In this document: piece by piece, positions 28,099-38,418 of the stretch
How the letters are laid out: each line of letters starts with the position of its first letter
How positions within the stretch are numbered: position 1 is the stretch's first letter
Virus record (IMG/VR): IMGVR_UViG_3300013132_000023
Location: 1-64,000 of that record
From: a virus
DNA length: 64,000 nt
Direction: 5' to 3' (one strand)
Program-made: the position numbers and the translations under genes
The notes under the pieces: generated by a model
Databases searched by the model: none
What the model was told of the DNA's origin: nothing
Seen by the model: the letters and a program-made list of their open reading frames with translations, nothing else

Positions 28099-29511
28099 AT
28101 GACCAATAACAACCGTGTCTTTTATGCGATTGAACAAGTCGCTATTAAGGATAATGCTGCCCCTCCGACTGGGACAGTGGCATCTGTAAACTCTAGAGAG
28201 TTTGTTACAGGTATCCTTGCATCTGGTGTCGATCAAGTAAATGGCCTGTGGGAAGTTCCGCGTGGTCTTCAGTCGATTGGCATGTCAACTACGTTCAACC
28301 TGGAACAGGTTTTCCAGCTTGGTCAAGTTGAGTTGTACGAGTACTCGGAACGTCAGCCTGACGTTGAAGTCACTATGTCGAAGGCAATCGATGGCAGCAA
28401 GCCATTGTTCTTCATGTTGACCAATCCGGCTGCCGGAAACGATATTGTTGCTCGTACGGCTAACTATCGAGTTGATATTGCTTTACAGATTTATCCAGAT
28501 ACTCAGTTCCGTGCAACAGGCAGACCGCAAGCGATTGTGACTGCTTCTGGTATGTACCTTTCAAACGTATCGTATACCTTCCCTATCGACGGCTTCGTAA
28601 CTGAAGACGTAACCTTGGTTGGTAACGACAAGATTTGGGGTGTCATGGTTGCCGTGTCTGGTGCAACAGCCGGTAACAATGGTGCCAATAGTGCAGAACC
28701 TATTGTTAACTGGCCAGCCGCCGCAAACGGTAGTCATCCGGAAGCTCCGGAAGGTACGCCGTCTGGTGTGTTTGGAAAAGACGGCAATACGTCCGCACTT
28801 GTTGAAGCTGGTGCTCAAGAACTTGCTGGCGGTAGCGACCGTTTCGGTGTTGTCATTGTAGGTTCTGGTATTCAGCGTCGCGAAGAAGTAGACATTCGTC
28901 GCTCAATTTTGCCGACTGACATCCCCGGTGTGATTTCACCTGTTGCTTCTGGTATCGATGCCGCTTACGTAAACGGTGGTTTCGGTGCTCAAGGGCCGGG
29001 TACCCTGAAAGGGGCAGATCAGCGAATTGCAGACGCTAACACGGACTTTATCGCTGAGCATATTCAGAACATCACTGTATCGTTTTCAATTGCTCGTGAC
29101 GACATTTTCGAGCTTGGCTCGAAGCGTCCGTTTGTGAAGACTCCTGCGTTCCCGCTTGAGGCTACTTGTTCGATTGAAGTAATCACTGCCCAAGGTGACT
29201 TGGTTGACGCAACTTCGGATATTGACTGTGGTCCTGACAATACTCAGGAAAACAACACGATCATTATTCGTACGTGTGACGGTCTCCAGGTTGACCTTGG
29301 TGACGCGAACCGCTTGACGAGCGTTGAGCAGGGTGGTGGTGAGGCTGGTGGTGACAACATGACCATCACTTACAACTACTCAAGCTTCAACGTTTTCAAC
29401 GTGTCACATGACTTCTTCCAGCCAAACCACAGAGTGTTGGTATTCGAAACGGGCAGAAGTCGCTTTAACGTTGGAGCACCACGCTTCACACGTAGCGTGT
29501 TAGGCATCTAA
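28099..29511 (+). CDS. major tail (tube) protein
   Basis: Own promoter motif, RBS and terminator; biased codons; two tube-like halves (GLQSIG...EQVFQLGQ; HIQNITVS...DIFELGS). Confidence 0.7.
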   Translation: MTNNNRVFYAIEQVAIKDNAAPPTGTVASVNSREFVTGILASGVDQVNGLWEVPRGLQSIGMSTTFNLEQVFQLGQVELYEYSERQPDVEVTMSKAIDGSKPLFFMLTNPAAGNDIVARTANYRVDIALQIYPDTQFRATGRPQAIVTASGMYLSNVSYTFPIDGFVTEDVTLVGNDKIWGVMVAVSGATAGNNGANSAEPIVNWPAAANGSHPEAPEGTPSGVFGKDGNTSALVEAGAQELAGGSDRFGVVIVGSGIQRREEVDIRRSILPTDIPGVISPVASGIDAAYVNGGFGAQGPGTLKGADQRIADANTDFIAEHIQNITVSFSIARDDIFELGSKRPFVKTPAFPLEATCSIEVITAQGDLVDATSDIDCGPDNTQENNTIIIRTCDGLQVDLGDANRLTSVEQGGGEAGGDNMTITYNYSSFNVFNVSHDFFQPNHRVLVFETGRSRFNVGAPRFTRSVLGI

Positions 29512-29530
29512 TCTAGGTGTCGTTAACAGG

Positions 29531-29564
29531 GGGACGCAGTACGGGGGGTGCTGCGTCCCTTTTT
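29531..29564 (+). terminator. intrinsic terminator after the tail tube gene
   Basis: Stem GGGACGCAGTAC / GTGCTGCGTCCC followed by TTTTT. Confidence 0.85.
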
Positions 29565-29587
29565 GACCCCTCGGTGCAAGGTTTTTT

Positions 29588-30784
29588 ATGACGGTTCAGG
29601 ATCAGATTAATCGTTTGCTTTGGGATCGTAGAGTATTGACGTTTGAAGATGAAATTCAACGTCCCAGTGACATTGAATATGTCATCATTCGTGACTTTAC
29701 TCTTCATGATCGTAATTTCTACTTGATGATTCGCGACCTTGAAGAAGCTAAAGCTCGTCGCGAAGGCGTGCCAACCGAAGGCGACCTTTTGAATGCTGCC
29801 AGACAAGCTGGTTATTGGGGCAAAGTAGAAGACGATATTGAAGCTAAGGCTGATGGGCATATAGCTTTTCTTCAAGCTGAATTTGCAGCCAAGAGCAAGT
29901 TTCGCTCTCGCCAGAATATCATTAAACTTCAAATTGAAGATGCCCAAGCTAAGAAGGCTTGGGTGCAGCGTAAACGAAATGAATTCAAGTTCAATAGTGC
30001 TGAATATCTAGCACATGAAACTGCTGCTTTTAAGCTAATGTGTCGCGTGGTATTAAAGCCAGACGGTAGCTTAATGTTTCCGACAGAAGAGTTTTTGTTG
30101 GAATGCAAAAAGGATTACTTTCAGTGGATCTATTTTTTGCTCAATGAGGTAATGAGCGAGAATTCTTGGGACGTTACTTCTTTACGTAGCGTTGCCCGTT
30201 CGGTTGAATGGCGTATGTTTTGGACTCTTACCCGCGAAAACCTGCCAACGCTTTTTAACCGTCCGGTTGGCGATTTAACCCACAATCAACGATTTCTAGT
30301 TTACTGGAGTCGTGTTTATGATTCTGCTTTTGAATCACATGAGCCTCCAGAGCGTGATGTTATTGAGGACGATGATTTGTTCGATCAATGGTTAGCTAAT
30401 CGTGATCTTCAACGCAAGGAAGACAAGGATAGCGACAGCAGCAAAAAGAAATTGCCTGAACATGGTCATGTGCTTGATGGTGAGCATATTGATGTTTGTA
30501 ACTGTGGTGCTAAAGAAAAGAATCGTGGCAAGTATCTTGGTGAAAAGGTACCACACGCAGTGACGTGTCCATTTGGAACGTGGCATAGGTATACGCCAGA
30601 AGAACGCGAAACCAAGGCACGTCTAATTTATGGACGCAACAGTAAGTCTGTTCGTCAAATCATGGATCGTGAACATGAAACTGTACTTCAAAAGGGATTG
30701 GTACAGGAACAAGATTTGAGACAAAAGACCACGCGACAGCAGCTTGGAATGAAGACAAACGTAATCCCGGTAAAGAGACGATGA
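29588..30784 (+). CDS. putative tail assembly chaperone (long form)
   Basis: Between tube and tape measure; helical; N-terminal half paralogous to 31855-32616. Confidence 0.55.
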   Translation: MTVQDQINRLLWDRRVLTFEDEIQRPSDIEYVIIRDFTLHDRNFYLMIRDLEEAKARREGVPTEGDLLNAARQAGYWGKVEDDIEAKADGHIAFLQAEFAAKSKFRSRQNIIKLQIEDAQAKKAWVQRKRNEFKFNSAEYLAHETAAFKLMCRVVLKPDGSLMFPTEEFLLECKKDYFQWIYFLLNEVMSENSWDVTSLRSVARSVEWRMFWTLTRENLPTLFNRPVGDLTHNQRFLVYWSRVYDSAFESHEPPERDVIEDDDLFDQWLANRDLQRKEDKDSDSSKKKLPEHGHVLDGEHIDVCNCGAKEKNRGKYLGEKVPHAVTCPFGTWHRYTPEERETKARLIYGRNSKSVRQIMDREHETVLQKGLVQEQDLRQKTTRQQLGMKTNVIPVKRR

Positions 30785-31329
30785 AAAACAACCCCTCTAG
30801 AGATCAGCTTGCAAAAAGTCTTGATCGTCGTGTACGACATTTAATGATTCGAACCCTGGAACGTTTCGAGTCTTCGTTTTCTCAGCAAGATGAAACTCGC
30901 GAAGGACAGCTTTTTAAAGCAGATCTGAGAACAGCATTTAATGATGCTTTGCGTGCTCAACGTGACGAACTCAATGATTATGAAATTGAGTATCGCCCGC
31001 TACGCATGACATCAGATACGCTAGCTATGACGCCTACGTTTTTACAAAGTGTACAAAAAGTAGACTTTGGTTTTAAACTAAAGGGCGATCCGTTTTTTGC
31101 CGTATACGGATCGATAGACAAAGCCGTTGTATTAAATGCTTTGCGTGCAGAGATGGAATGTGGTTTATTAAATCAACAAAATGAACATGCTGTTTTGACA
31201 GTTGTTGGTCTTGAAGCATGCGTTTTTAGCGTACTTCCATTGTTGGACAAATATCTTTTACATCCAGATGTGCGTAAACGTTATATTGCATGGCGAGAAG
31301 AAATCACAAAATTATACACGCAAACATGA
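30781..31329 (+). CDS. hypothetical protein
   Basis: ATGA-coupled on both sides. Confidence 0.6.
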   Translation: MKNNPSRDQLAKSLDRRVRHLMIRTLERFESSFSQQDETREGQLFKADLRTAFNDALRAQRDELNDYEIEYRPLRMTSDTLAMTPTFLQSVQKVDFGFKLKGDPFFAVYGSIDKAVVLNALRAEMECGLLNQQNEHAVLTVVGLEACVFSVLPLLDKYLLHPDVRKRYIAWREEITKLYTQT

Positions 31330-31814
31330 AGACATTAGAAAAACGATTTTGGTCTAAGGTTAATAAAGCTTCTGGTGTGTACGGCGATTCCGGATCTTAT
31401 CCTACCGAATGCTGGCAATGGAAAGGGGCTAAAATGGTTTCTGGCTATGGTCACATGCGTATTCGTGGTAAAAACAAACATTCTCATAGGGTGCTATTTG
31501 ATCTTATGGGAAGATCATTACAAACACACGAGTGCGTATTGCATAAATGTGACAATAGGGCGTGTGTAAATCCAGATCATCTTTTTATTGGTAATCGACA
31601 AGACAACGCTAACGATGCGTACGCAAAAGGCAGAAACAAAGGAGCGATTGGCGATGCAAATTTCAACACCAAGCTAACCGAAGAAAATGTACGTGCTATT
31701 CGTGCATCTATCTCTACTGGTGCGACCCATCAAGCAATGGCCGACAGATTTCATGTTTCAAGAACTAGTATTTCAGCTATCGTTAGGGGCAAGACTTGGC
31801 GACATGTCGTGTAG
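31326..31814 (+). mobile_element. free-standing HNH homing endonuclease
   Basis: RFWSKV, CWQWKG, GYG, HR, VLHKCDNRACVNPDHL...N; C-terminal HTH (KLTEENVRAIR...VSRTSISAIVRGKTW). Confidence 0.9.
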
Positions 31815-31820
31815 TGTATT
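31812..31820 (+). promoter_or_regulatory. candidate late promoter TAGTGTATT
   Basis: Exact motif; its TAG is the HNH stop. Confidence 0.7.
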
Positions 31821-31854
31821 ATATTGGTGTTAGGTTTACAAAAGGAGCAAGGTA

Positions 31855-32616
31855 ATGGTAGAACGTACTTTTAAGGCAACGGATCGCAATGGTAGCGTGC
31901 AAGAGTTTGAACTCAAGCCGCCCAGCTTGTCCGAGGAAAATGAAGGCGAGCGTCAGTATCGCATAGCCTATAGTAAGGCTCTTGTCGAAGGTATATTCCC
32001 TCGTGAAAAGCTTAGAGAACTCATGCGTGAACACGGCATGTGGACCGAGGAAGACGACAAAGAACTTAAGAAAGCGGTCGGCAAGATTGCGGTTTTTCAA
32101 ATAGAGCTTCGTCGTGCCGAAACAGAGGGAGACGAAAAGGCGTGTCTTAAAGCAGCCCAGGGCATTGGAGAAGCCCGTCGTCGTATGTGGGAACTGTTCC
32201 TTGTACAGCAAAGTGTATACATGAACTCTGCTGAAGGCATTGCAGAAATGATTAAAACTGAAGCAATCATGGCTGCATGTACTAGATTAAAGTCTACTGG
32301 CGAACGTTATTGGAAAGACTATCCAGAATACGTACGCGAGCGTGATCTTAATAGCAAGTCATCCGTGTATCCTAGCGTCATTGAGGTTCAAACGAAAATT
32401 CTGGATAGTGCTCGCGTAGACCTCATGTCTGATTTTCCAGAACATCGCTATTTGAAGAGTGCAGAAGAACGAATTATTGACCGTGAAATTGAAGAACAGG
32501 TTTCTCGCGAAATTCAAACTCGTGCAGAAAAAGCCATTAAGGCAGACAAGTCCTCTACAAAGAAGAAAGTAAAACGTGGTAAGTCCGTGGAAGCTAGACC
32601 TAATTCGGCCAAGTGA
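31855..32616 (+). CDS. putative tail assembly chaperone (short form)
   Basis: AAGGAG RBS; helical; paralogue of 29588. Confidence 0.55.
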   Translation: MVERTFKATDRNGSVQEFELKPPSLSEENEGERQYRIAYSKALVEGIFPREKLRELMREHGMWTEEDDKELKKAVGKIAVFQIELRRAETEGDEKACLKAAQGIGEARRRMWELFLVQQSVYMNSAEGIAEMIKTEAIMAACTRLKSTGERYWKDYPEYVRERDLNSKSSVYPSVIEVQTKILDSARVDLMSDFPEHRYLKSAEERIIDREIEEQVSREIQTRAEKAIKADKSSTKKKVKRGKSVEARPNSAK

Positions 32617-33223
32617 CGCGATTACAATCGCTGTCAATCAGGCTTGGGCCGACGCTCTCGCAGATCTTGAGAAGTGGATAGGGACAGACCTTATCGACGC
32701 CATGATCTACGGGGGTCTCGGTATTCAGGGTATTTCACAAACTACATTCTATCGTTTTATTTCAAGCCCAGAAGGATTGAGTGAACTTGGTATTGAAAGT
32801 TCTGAGCCGCCTCGTTTGTTAGACGCTTATAGAGATTCATTTAAAGTTTCTCGTAACAACAAAATCATCATGTTGAAATTTGGTGATGTTGCTAGACTTA
32901 AGCTTGGTACTCCTCATCCTGCATCTGGTACTGGATTCTTGCAAATCGATTCTTGGATGGAGTGGATTTTGGATGGAGTTAATGTTGGTAGTGGATATGT
33001 TCCTCGTACAAAACTGCCTCGCAATGCACAGAAACGTATTCGTATCAATTCTGCTCCTGGTGGCTTAATGCTTCCTCGTGGTGTTTTTGGTAGCACTGGT
33101 TCTTGGCGTTTTCCGACAAGTCTGAATGACTATGACATGGATTGGTTTAAAACAAACATTGCTGCGATTGAGTCTGCAATAACTGATGCGATAACATTGT
33201 TTCTAACACGGAAATTAACCTAA
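32576..33223 (+). CDS. putative tail completion/neck protein
   Basis: Directly upstream of, and coupled to, the tape measure gene. Confidence 0.45.
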   Translation: MVSPWKLDLIRPSDAITIAVNQAWADALADLEKWIGTDLIDAMIYGGLGIQGISQTTFYRFISSPEGLSELGIESSEPPRLLDAYRDSFKVSRNNKIIMLKFGDVARLKLGTPHPASGTGFLQIDSWMEWILDGVNVGSGYVPRTKLPRNAQKRIRINSAPGGLMLPRGVFGSTGSWRFPTSLNDYDMDWFKTNIAAIESAITDAITLFLTRKLT

Positions 33224-36200
33224 TGGCAAGAGTACAGCTAGAGGCCGTATTGCGATTGGTTGATGTGCAAATCAACCCACAGGTTTTCCGTCGTATTAGT
33301 CAATCTGTTGCCGGAATGCCTGGATCATTAGCAAACGTAAACGTTAATCTTAGACAAACGGTTACGCATGCAAACAATTTGAATCGTAGATTGCAGCAAA
33401 CAACGCAAACGCTCAGCAATAGCGAGCGTGCTGCACGTCTTTTGTTGCAGCGTATGGCACAGTTTGCAATCTTGTTGCCAACTTTTGCAACATTGAATCG
33501 TGCTATTCAAGGTAGCGTTTCTTTCTTGTTTGAATTTGATAGTGCTCTTCGTGATATCGTACGTACTGACGTTAGTAGTCTCAGGGATCGCATGGAGGAG
33601 ATTGGCGATACTGCACTGAGAACTGCTATGGATCTTGGTGTAGTAGCACAAGAAGTTCTCAATGTTACTAAGACATTCGTGCAAGCTGGTTTAAGCATCG
33701 AGGACGCCCAAGAACGTGCTCGTCTTGCTATTATTGCTACACAAGTATCAACACTAGATACCGAAGGTGCTGTACAGTTTTTGATTACGGCCACCAATCA
33801 ATTTGGACTCAATACTGATCAATTGAAATCTTCTCTTGATGCTTTAGTTAAAGTTGAAGACTTGGCAGCCGTTGAAGCTCAAGACATTTCCGAAGCGTTT
33901 CGTACGGGTGGTAACTCTATGGCTAGCTTCGGCAAGAACATTAATGATGCTATTGGATTGATTTCTGCATTAAAGCAACAGAGCGGTAAATCTGGTCGTG
34001 AAATCGGTACCTTCTTTAAGACTTTACAGACCCGTATCTTCGCTGCTGGTGAGTCGCGTGATGCACTTGAAGCTCTTGGTGTTGAAGTAGAAAATCTTGA
34101 TGGTACTTTGCGTCCTACGCTTACTGTTTTGAATGACATGAAGGCGGCTTTTGATGGATTGACAGAAGCACAGGCCGCTAATGCTAGTAAGGCTATTGCT
34201 GGAGTTCGTCAATTTGAAGCGTTGGATGCGACTTTAAAATCTTTGAAGCGTGCTAACGAACTGTCTACGGAAGCCTCCGAGGCTGCTGGTGCCGTAGATC
34301 AAAAGCGTACGGTAACTGATCAAAAACTTGAAATTCAATTGGGCAAATTGATTGCACAAGGTCAGGCTTTTGCTGAAGCTCTTGGTGATGCTGGCTTAGA
34401 AGATGCAATTAACAAGGTGTTAAAAGTTGCAACCAAATTGCTTGGTGTTTTCACTAGTGTTGTGGATATGATTTCGCAAGCCGGTGGTAGCATTACGCCG
34501 TTACTTGCTCTTGCTGGTGTTCGTATTGGTGGTAGCGTTTTAGGTTTTGCTAGTGGTGGTGCTCCTGGTGGTGGCGGTATGCAAGCTCCTCAACCTGGAC
34601 AGCAAGGTTTTATTGGTCCACTAACGCAATCTCAAGCGGCAATGGCAAGCTTGGGAACTGATTTAAAGCGTCTTGGCTCTATTGCCGTTGACGGTGGCAA
34701 GGCTCTTGGTATCATGGCTTACAATGTTGGCGTGAACACTAAGGCCACTTCGATGTATGGCTATACTACTTCGATTGCGTCAAGGACATTAACTCAACAT
34801 ACGGCTGCCGTTATGGCAAATGCTAGGGCTCTTACTGCATCTGCCGCAGCTTCATTTCAGAATAGAGTTGCGAATCTTCAAGGAGCAACTTCAATGGTAG
34901 CGATTACACTTGCTGCCTCAATGTTGCCGAAGGTATTTGAAGTTCTTGAAGAAAAAGCCGGTGGTCTTGGTGGACAATTAGGTCAAGGTGCCGCTGCTTT
35001 TACTGGTATTGCCGGTGAGAGTGCTACGCTCGCTGCTCAATTTGCAGTGCTTGGTCCTCAAGCAGCCGGTATTGCTGCTTTTTTCGGAGCGTTAACAGGA
35101 AGCGTTTCACGTTTCTTTGACGCATTGGAAGAACGCATTAAAACATTTAGTGAACAAGCCGAATTGTCAAATCGAGACGGTAGAGTTTCTGCTGCCGAGT
35201 TTCGATTACAGGGTGGTGGACGCCTAGGTTCCGAAGCTCAAGCTAGCTTTATTGAAGTCTTAGAGAATAGCGTTAAAGGCGTAGAACTTGGTCAGCCTCT
35301 TGCAGCGGCTATTCAAAAATCATTTGATCAAGCCGCAAAAGGCAAGGGGTTTGGAGATCTTAAAATTGCTGGTGACGAATTACGTGAATCGTTACTTGGA
35401 AACGTTAATGTCATTAAGGCTCTTGTTGATACCAACCAGGGTTATTTAAAGTCTGTTGCTGATTCCGAGGGACGCTTAGAACAATTCACTCAATTACAAG
35501 ATGGTCTTGCAGACGGTACGTTAAAGTCTGGCGAAGCCTTTGGTTTACTCGTTCGTGCTCTTGGTGCTGGTGAAGTTGAAATTGACCGTGTAACTGGCCT
35601 CATTAAGAAGTCTTTGTCATTTGAAGAATTCAAAGCAGCACAAGATACTCTAGAACTAGCTGACGGTATTCGTCTATTAGGTCGCGAACTAGGACTTGCA
35701 AAACTCGGTCCAGAGGCATTATCTGATGAATTGGTGCGTCTTGAAAGTGAATTCTTGGTTACGCAAGAAGCTTCTGAGCGTACTCAAGAATCTCTTCGTG
35801 AAACCCTTAACGCGGCAATCTTAAATCTTGGTGACGTAAACTTTGCTAAGAACGTTAAGTTCCAAGACTTGCTTGCCGATTTACTTGATACACCAGAAAC
35901 TTTTGATACTGATTCTATTGAAGCTTTCAAGGAAGTAATTCGTGGTTTGCCAAAAGCTGAACGCGAAGCCGCTGAAGACATTTTGGAAATTGTTAAGCAA
36001 CAAGTTGAAGACAAGATTGATTTGCAAAAAGCTGAAAACGACATGATTGCAGAACAGTCTCGTCGTCGTAAGGCTTTGTTTGATGCAGAAGCGGTTGCAA
36101 CACAGAATGCATTCGAAGCTTCTCGTAAGTTTACTGCTGAGTTGATGAAGTTTGGAGATGCCGTTAACACAGAGGTATTAGCGTCTTTCCAGAACCTAAC

Positions 36201-38418
36201 TCTTCTTGATGTGGAAGATGTACTTGCTGGTACTTCGGGTCTTGGCGAAGGATTACAGCAAGTAATCATGAGTGCTTTTGCAGATCCTATCACTCAGGCT
36301 GAACAAGTTCTTGCGGCAGCTACGGCTTCTACTCAGGCAGAATTAGACATTCTTGCAAAGCGTCTTGAAATTGTCAATGGCAAGTTAGAAGACTCTGCTA
36401 ATTCGAATAACATTGCTGCTTTGACTACAGAGAAGCGTGCAATTGAATTGCAGATGGAAACTACTAAGCAATCTGGTGCAATTGCGGCCACAGAAGCTAA
36501 GATCAAAATACTGGAAGCTGAAAAAGAAGCTGCCGAAGAAGCCGCCGAACGTGAAAAAGAGCGTCTAGAGGCTTTGGAAAAACTAGCAGATGCGTCTAGA
36601 GCATTTGACAATGAGTTGCGTAAGATCAATCAGGGCTTTGAAGAATTCATGCAACAAAGAGTTGATGATCTTTTAAGCCAAGAAGCAGATGCACAGTCTG
36701 AACTTAAAGACGCACAACAACAAGTGTTGGCTTCTACTCAAGGTCTCGCTGAAGCGTATGATGGTTTGATTCAAGCTCAACTTAACTACAATGGTGTAAT
36801 TGCCGAAGCTCAAATCAAGAGCAATTTACTTGCTCGTGACATTGGTAAGCTTACTGGTGCGATTTTTAGTTTTGATGGCGAGCTTTCGGCCATTGGTGTT
36901 GCTTTTAGAAACGTGTTAAATGACTCAAACATTACTCTTGGTAAGCGTATTGAACTAGAGCGTCAGCTTGCTGATGAAACACTTGCTTTCTTGCAACAGG
37001 CTAAAGACGAAATTGTAAACGCCGGTATTGGTATTTTTGGACAGACTGGTCAAGAAAATCAGGCTCTTGGACAGGGCATTGCTGGTTTACAGTTTGTTGC
37101 AGAACAACTAGGCGGTTCGTTTGAAGCTTTCTTGAACATGAGTCAAGGAGACTTAGCAGGAGTAAGTCAGACATTGTTGTCATTACCGGCAGAGTTCCGT
37201 CAACAAATTCTCAATGCCCTTTCGTTCTTGCCAAGCACCATGAACGTTGGTGGCTTCTCTGTAGAACAGCTAACTGAAGCAATTGGACAGGTTGGTGCAG
37301 GAGTTGCACCCGAGTCTGGATTGCCATCTATTGAAGAACTAAACAATCAACAAGTTGAGCAATTAACAAAACTACAAGAGCTTGCCTTGCAAGACGCACA
37401 GCTACAATTTGCACAGGTTCTTTCGGCCCAAGAACAAGTTGCAGTTGCACAGGAGGCTGTTGCTGCTGCACAAATTGCACAAGAGCGTGCTTCGCAAAAC
37501 CTTACCGAGGTTCGTGATGCTGTTCTCCAGGAAATGGCGGTTTTGGAAACGGCTAACGCTGAACGTATAGAACTCTTGAATGCAGTTATTGCAACTGACG
37601 ATAAGAATACATTGATGATGATCGAAAAAGAAGCACAGGCTTTTGCAGATCAAAACTCTGTGTTCCGTGAAGTTGGAGACAATATTGTCAAAGGAATTGC
37701 AAGTGCAATTGGAGCCAAGTTGGCTGTACTTGAAGCTACTGCCAATGTTGCTAACATGGCTAGGGGATATATTCCAAACTTTGCTGGTGGTAATTTGTCA
37801 CCGGACGAAGCCGCTGGTTTGTTACGTGCTGCGTCTCGCGAAAAGCGTGCTATGCCAGCCGGTGCTGGACTTGCTGTAGCCAATACAAGTGAAGCTATCA
37901 TTCCTATGCGATATCGAGGATTTGTTCCTAATTTCCAGGATGGTAATGCGTCTCCAATTGCTGCTGGTATTTCTGCTATCAAGCAAATTAACGAAACTGT
38001 TGTTGCGGCTATCGCTCGTTCGGTTACGCAGTCACTTAGTAATTTGGATAGTGGTACTCAGTCTTCGGAATTGCTCACGGAAGTTGTTGCAGAATTGCGT
38101 GACATTAGAGATACCCTTGTTAACGTTGAAGAATCTAATGTACAGATTCAAGCCAACACCTTACAAACTGGTACAGGAACACAAACACAACAGTCTTCTG
38201 CAAATTCTGATGTACGTATTGTACTTGAAACGAACCAGAGAAATCAGATTGCTGTTAGCGGTCTTGAGGGTCTTCGTGAACAAATTTCGGTTGCCGTTAA
38301 GGAAGCTGCTGCGGAACAAGTTGATCAGCAACTTGCAACACTATTGTCGGAACTCGATAACATTCTTTCTGCACTCCAAGAGCGTGGCATTATCTCTAGC
38401 CTAGGTCAAGCACGATGA
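33223..38418 (+). CDS. tail tape measure protein
   Basis: 1731 aa, Ala/Leu/Glu helical; TP901-type core (SGREIGTFFKTLQTRI...LEALGV...GTLRP...AGVRQ). Confidence 0.9.
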   Translation: MARVQLEAVLRLVDVQINPQVFRRISQSVAGMPGSLANVNVNLRQTVTHANNLNRRLQQTTQTLSNSERAARLLLQRMAQFAILLPTFATLNRAIQGSVSFLFEFDSALRDIVRTDVSSLRDRMEEIGDTALRTAMDLGVVAQEVLNVTKTFVQAGLSIEDAQERARLAIIATQVSTLDTEGAVQFLITATNQFGLNTDQLKSSLDALVKVEDLAAVEAQDISEAFRTGGNSMASFGKNINDAIGLISALKQQSGKSGREIGTFFKTLQTRIFAAGESRDALEALGVEVENLDGTLRPTLTVLNDMKAAFDGLTEAQAANASKAIAGVRQFEALDATLKSLKRANELSTEASEAAGAVDQKRTVTDQKLEIQLGKLIAQGQAFAEALGDAGLEDAINKVLKVATKLLGVFTSVVDMISQAGGSITPLLALAGVRIGGSVLGFASGGAPGGGGMQAPQPGQQGFIGPLTQSQAAMASLGTDLKRLGSIAVDGGKALGIMAYNVGVNTKATSMYGYTTSIASRTLTQHTAAVMANARALTASAAASFQNRVANLQGATSMVAITLAASMLPKVFEVLEEKAGGLGGQLGQGAAAFTGIAGESATLAAQFAVLGPQAAGIAAFFGALTGSVSRFFDALEERIKTFSEQAELSNRDGRVSAAEFRLQGGGRLGSEAQASFIEVLENSVKGVELGQPLAAAIQKSFDQAAKGKGFGDLKIAGDELRESLLGNVNVIKALVDTNQGYLKSVADSEGRLEQFTQLQDGLADGTLKSGEAFGLLVRALGAGEVEIDRVTGLIKKSLSFEEFKAAQDTLELADGIRLLGRELGLAKLGPEALSDELVRLESEFLVTQEASERTQESLRETLNAAILNLGDVNFAKNVKFQDLLADLLDTPETFDTDSIEAFKEVIRGLPKAEREAAEDILEIVKQQVEDKIDLQKAENDMIAEQSRRRKALFDAEAVATQNAFEASRKFTAELMKFGDAVNTEVLASFQNLTLLDVEDVLAGTSGLGEGLQQVIMSAFADPITQAEQVLAAATASTQAELDILAKRLEIVNGKLEDSANSNNIAALTTEKRAIELQMETTKQSGAIAATEAKIKILEAEKEAAEEAAEREKERLEALEKLADASRAFDNELRKINQGFEEFMQQRVDDLLSQEADAQSELKDAQQQVLASTQGLAEAYDGLIQAQLNYNGVIAEAQIKSNLLARDIGKLTGAIFSFDGELSAIGVAFRNVLNDSNITLGKRIELERQLADETLAFLQQAKDEIVNAGIGIFGQTGQENQALGQGIAGLQFVAEQLGGSFEAFLNMSQGDLAGVSQTLLSLPAEFRQQILNALSFLPSTMNVGGFSVEQLTEAIGQVGAGVAPESGLPSIEELNNQQVEQLTKLQELALQDAQLQFAQVLSAQEQVAVAQEAVAAAQIAQERASQNLTEVRDAVLQEMAVLETANAERIELLNAVIATDDKNTLMMIEKEAQAFADQNSVFREVGDNIVKGIASAIGAKLAVLEATANVANMARGYIPNFAGGNLSPDEAAGLLRAASREKRAMPAGAGLAVANTSEAIIPMRYRGFVPNFQDGNASPIAAGISAIKQINETVVAAIARSVTQSLSNLDSGTQSSELLTEVVAELRDIRDTLVNVEESNVQIQANTLQTGTGTQTQQSSANSDVRIVLETNQRNQIAVSGLEGLREQISVAVKEAAAEQVDQQLATLLSELDNILSALQERGIISSLGQAR

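Noticed and set aside
29629-29637. TAGAGTATT copy 41 nt inside gene 29588
   Set aside because: Intragenic, and alignment with the paralogue supports the 29588 start; may be chance, although an internal promoter is not excluded.
32560-32616. Possible programmed frameshift between 31855 and 32576 ORFs
   Set aside because: No X XXY YYZ slippery heptamer seen in the overlap; an ordinary overlapping GTG start suffices.
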